Shown piece by piece: positions 61,553 to 64,000 of a stretch of 64,000 nucleotides of DNA; position 1 is the first letter of the stretch, and every line of letters begins with the position of its first letter. Origin of the DNA: Octopus sinensis (taxonomy: Eukaryota); NCBI RefSeq assembly GCF_006345805.1, contig NC_043003.1, positions 28,086,001 to 28,150,000 of the forward strand. Direction: 5' to 3'. Both the position numbers and the translations under genes were made by a program. The notes under the pieces are model-generated. The model ran no database searches and had not been told where the DNA came from. It saw only the letters and a program-made list of their open reading frames with translations.

Positions 61553-61705
61553 CTTTACTCTTTTACTCTTTTACTTGTTTCAGTCATTTGACTGCGGCCA
61601 TGCTGGAGCACCACCTTTAGTCGAGCAAATCGACCCCGGGACTTATTCTTTGTAAGCCCAGTACTTATTCTATCGGTCTCTTTTTGCCGAACCGCTAAGT
61701 GACGG
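61553..61705 (-). mobile_element. SINE family B 3' fragment
   Basis: ttttacttgtttcagtcatttgactgcggcc..ccgctaagtgacgg. Confidence 0.85.
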
Positions 61706-61771
<66 letters not shown>

Positions 61772-61807
61772 GGGGAAAGAGAGAGGGAGAAAGATAAATA
61801 AATAGAG

Positions 61808-61845
<38 letters not shown>

Positions 61846-61905
61846 GAAGAGAGAGAGTGAGAGTGAACGAGAGAGAGGGAGATTTTTGTTGTTGTCGCCA
61901 TTGTT

Positions 61906-62140
61906 ATTTCTTATTTCTTTATTGCCCACAAGGGGCTAAACATAGAGGGGGCAATCAAGGACAGGCAAAGGGATTAAGTCGATTACATCGACCCCAGTGC
62001 GTAACTGGTACTTAATGTATCGACCCCCGAAAGGATGAAAGGCAAAGTCGACCGCGGCGGAATTTGAACTCAGAACGAAAAGACAGACGAAATACTGCTA
62101 AGCATTTCGCCCGGCTTGCTAACGTTTCTGCCAGCTCGCC
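61906..62140 (-). mobile_element. SINE family A (tail type 1) with 15 bp target-site duplication
   Basis: gttgtcgccattgtt at 61891-61905 and 62144-62158. Confidence 0.92.
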
Positions 62141-62623
62141 GTGGTTGTCGCCATTGTTGTTGTTATTTTCATCAAGGTTACAATTTTTTCATTGCTTAGG
62201 TCATCACCATTTTCTGATATTTGACTAAACTGGAATAGGATTACTATAAATCCGTAAAAAGCAAAAAGCGAAAAATTTTGATTTCAAAAAAACTAACAAA
62301 AAAATTTAAAGAAAATTTCCAGGATCCACACACTCACTGCCACCAGCCATAGATTTATAATCTTCGGGGAATTAATAAAAAAAATCGATAATGTATCTCA
62401 AAATGTTTCTAAATTGTATTTTTTCATGTTAAATTTTTCATGTTTGTACTTCTATTTCAAAATTAATTTTATTATCTTTATTAAATTGTGTTTTATACCG
62501 AAATTGCACTTTTCTATGAAAAATTATATTTTCATATAGAAAATTATATTTTCATATATTGATTGTGTAATTTTTTTTTTGAAAATGTATTTAACTGTGA
62601 TAATGTTATTAGAATTTTATGAA

Positions 62624-63035
62624 GGCGGTGAGCTACCAGAATCGTTAGCACGGCGGACGAAATGCTATGTTCTGAGTTCAAATTCCGCCGAGGTCGACTT
62701 TGCCTTTCATCCTTTCGGGGTCGATAAATTTTAAGATCTTGTGCCTATTGTAGAAAGTACCAATTACGCACTGGGGTCGATGTAATCGACTTAATCCGTC
62801 TGTCTGTCTTTGTTAGTTCCCTTTATGTTTAGCCCCCTGTGGGCAATAAAGAAATATGAATCGTTAGCACGCTGGGCGGGATACCCAGCGGTATTTCGCT
62901 CGTCGCTACGTTCAGAGTTCAAATTCCGCCGAGATCGACTTTGCCTTTCATCCTTTCGGGGTCGATAAAATTGGTACCAATTAAACACTGGGATCGATGT
63001 GATTGACTCATCCCAAGCTGCCCTTGTGACAAAAA
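62624..63035 (+). mobile_element. Tandem SINE family A copies (dimer-like)
   Basis: ggcggtgagctaccagaatcgttagcacg, then a second aatcgttagcacg directly after tail type 1. Confidence 0.85.
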
Positions 63036-63521
63036 ATTTGCGATAGTTATTACAATTTTATGTTGAGACATTATTTCTTGTTCAATAAAAAGTTTGTATT
63101 TTATTGTGAAAATGTAATTATAATTTCAAGTCACAGTTTGTATGTTTTATATTTCTAATTCTGTTTCAAAGAAAGGGTATTTTAGATCGAAATTATATAT
63201 TGTTATGAAAAATTGTATTTTCAAATAGAAATCTATATTTTCACGAATCGTGTAACTCGTTGAAAATGTATTTTACTGTGATAATGCGATTATAATTTCA
63301 TGTTAAAATTCTACTTCTTGTTAAATAAAAAAAGACCATTTTATTGTGAAAATGTAATTACAATTCTATGTTAAATTTTGTGTTTTTTTAATATCTTTTA
63401 TTTCTATTTCAAAATTAATTCTATCTCTTTAAAATTGGTATATACTGAAATCGTATTTTCATATGAAAATTATAATTTCTTTGTTGTAAATTCATGTTGT
63501 AAAAGCGTTTTACTATTCTCT

Positions 63522-63701
63522 TTACTCTTTTACTTGTTTCAGGCATTTGACTGCGGCCATGCTGGAGCACCGCCTTTAGTCGAGCAAATCGACCCCGGGA
63601 CTTATTCTTTGTAAGCCCAGTACTTATTCTATCGGTCTCTTTTTGCCGAACCGCTAAGTGACGGGGATGTAAACACACCAGCATCAGGGGGACAAACACA
63701 G

Positions 63702-63736
<35 letters not shown>

Positions 63737-63899
63737 ACAGGCTTCTTTCAGTTTCCGTCTACTAAATCCACTCACAAGGCATTGGTCGGCCCGGGGCTAT
63801 AGCAGAAGACACTTGCCCAAGATGCCACGCAGTGGGACTGAACCCGGAACCATCAGGTTGGTTAGCAAGCTACTTACCACACAGCCACTCCTGCGCCTG
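63522..63899 (-). mobile_element. SINE family B, full length
   Basis: Ends accacacagccactcctgcgcc. Confidence 0.92.
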
Positions 63900-64000
63900 G
63901 AAATTTAATTTTAATTTCATGTTATAATATTATTTCATATTGAATAAAGAAATATACAGAGGTCAGCAAGACCTGTGCTCACACATCCACTAACACACAA

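Overview
AT-rich, microsatellite- and SINE-saturated eukaryotic genomic DNA. The repeat families and composition suggest a coleoid cephalopod, probably Octopus (inference). The only confidently identified host gene is the 3' end of cytoplasmic arginyl-tRNA synthetase (RARS1, + strand): four GT-AG exons at 14934-15047, 20053-20111, 24144-24391 and 30431-30540, with an AATAAA at 30649. The rest is mostly layered transposable elements. These include a 5'-truncated Penelope-like (Naiad-type) retroelement with an inverted terminal repeat and hammerhead-like motifs, nested inside a SINE that is itself inside a TTAA-flanked MITE. Also present are a second Penelope relic, two restriction-like-endonuclease (RLE) LINE relics, RTE and L1/Tx1-like LINE fragments, several Tc1/mariner relics, MITEs, Helitron-like elements and dozens of SINE copies, some stacked in same-strand arrays at (ATT)n repeats. 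A near-identical 1.4 kb tandem duplication lies in the last RARS intron. Most short ORFs in the supplied track are microsatellite translations. A few unique islands at 42-61 kb may be exons of further genes but are unproven. Exon boundaries were read to the base; most repeat boundaries are approximate.
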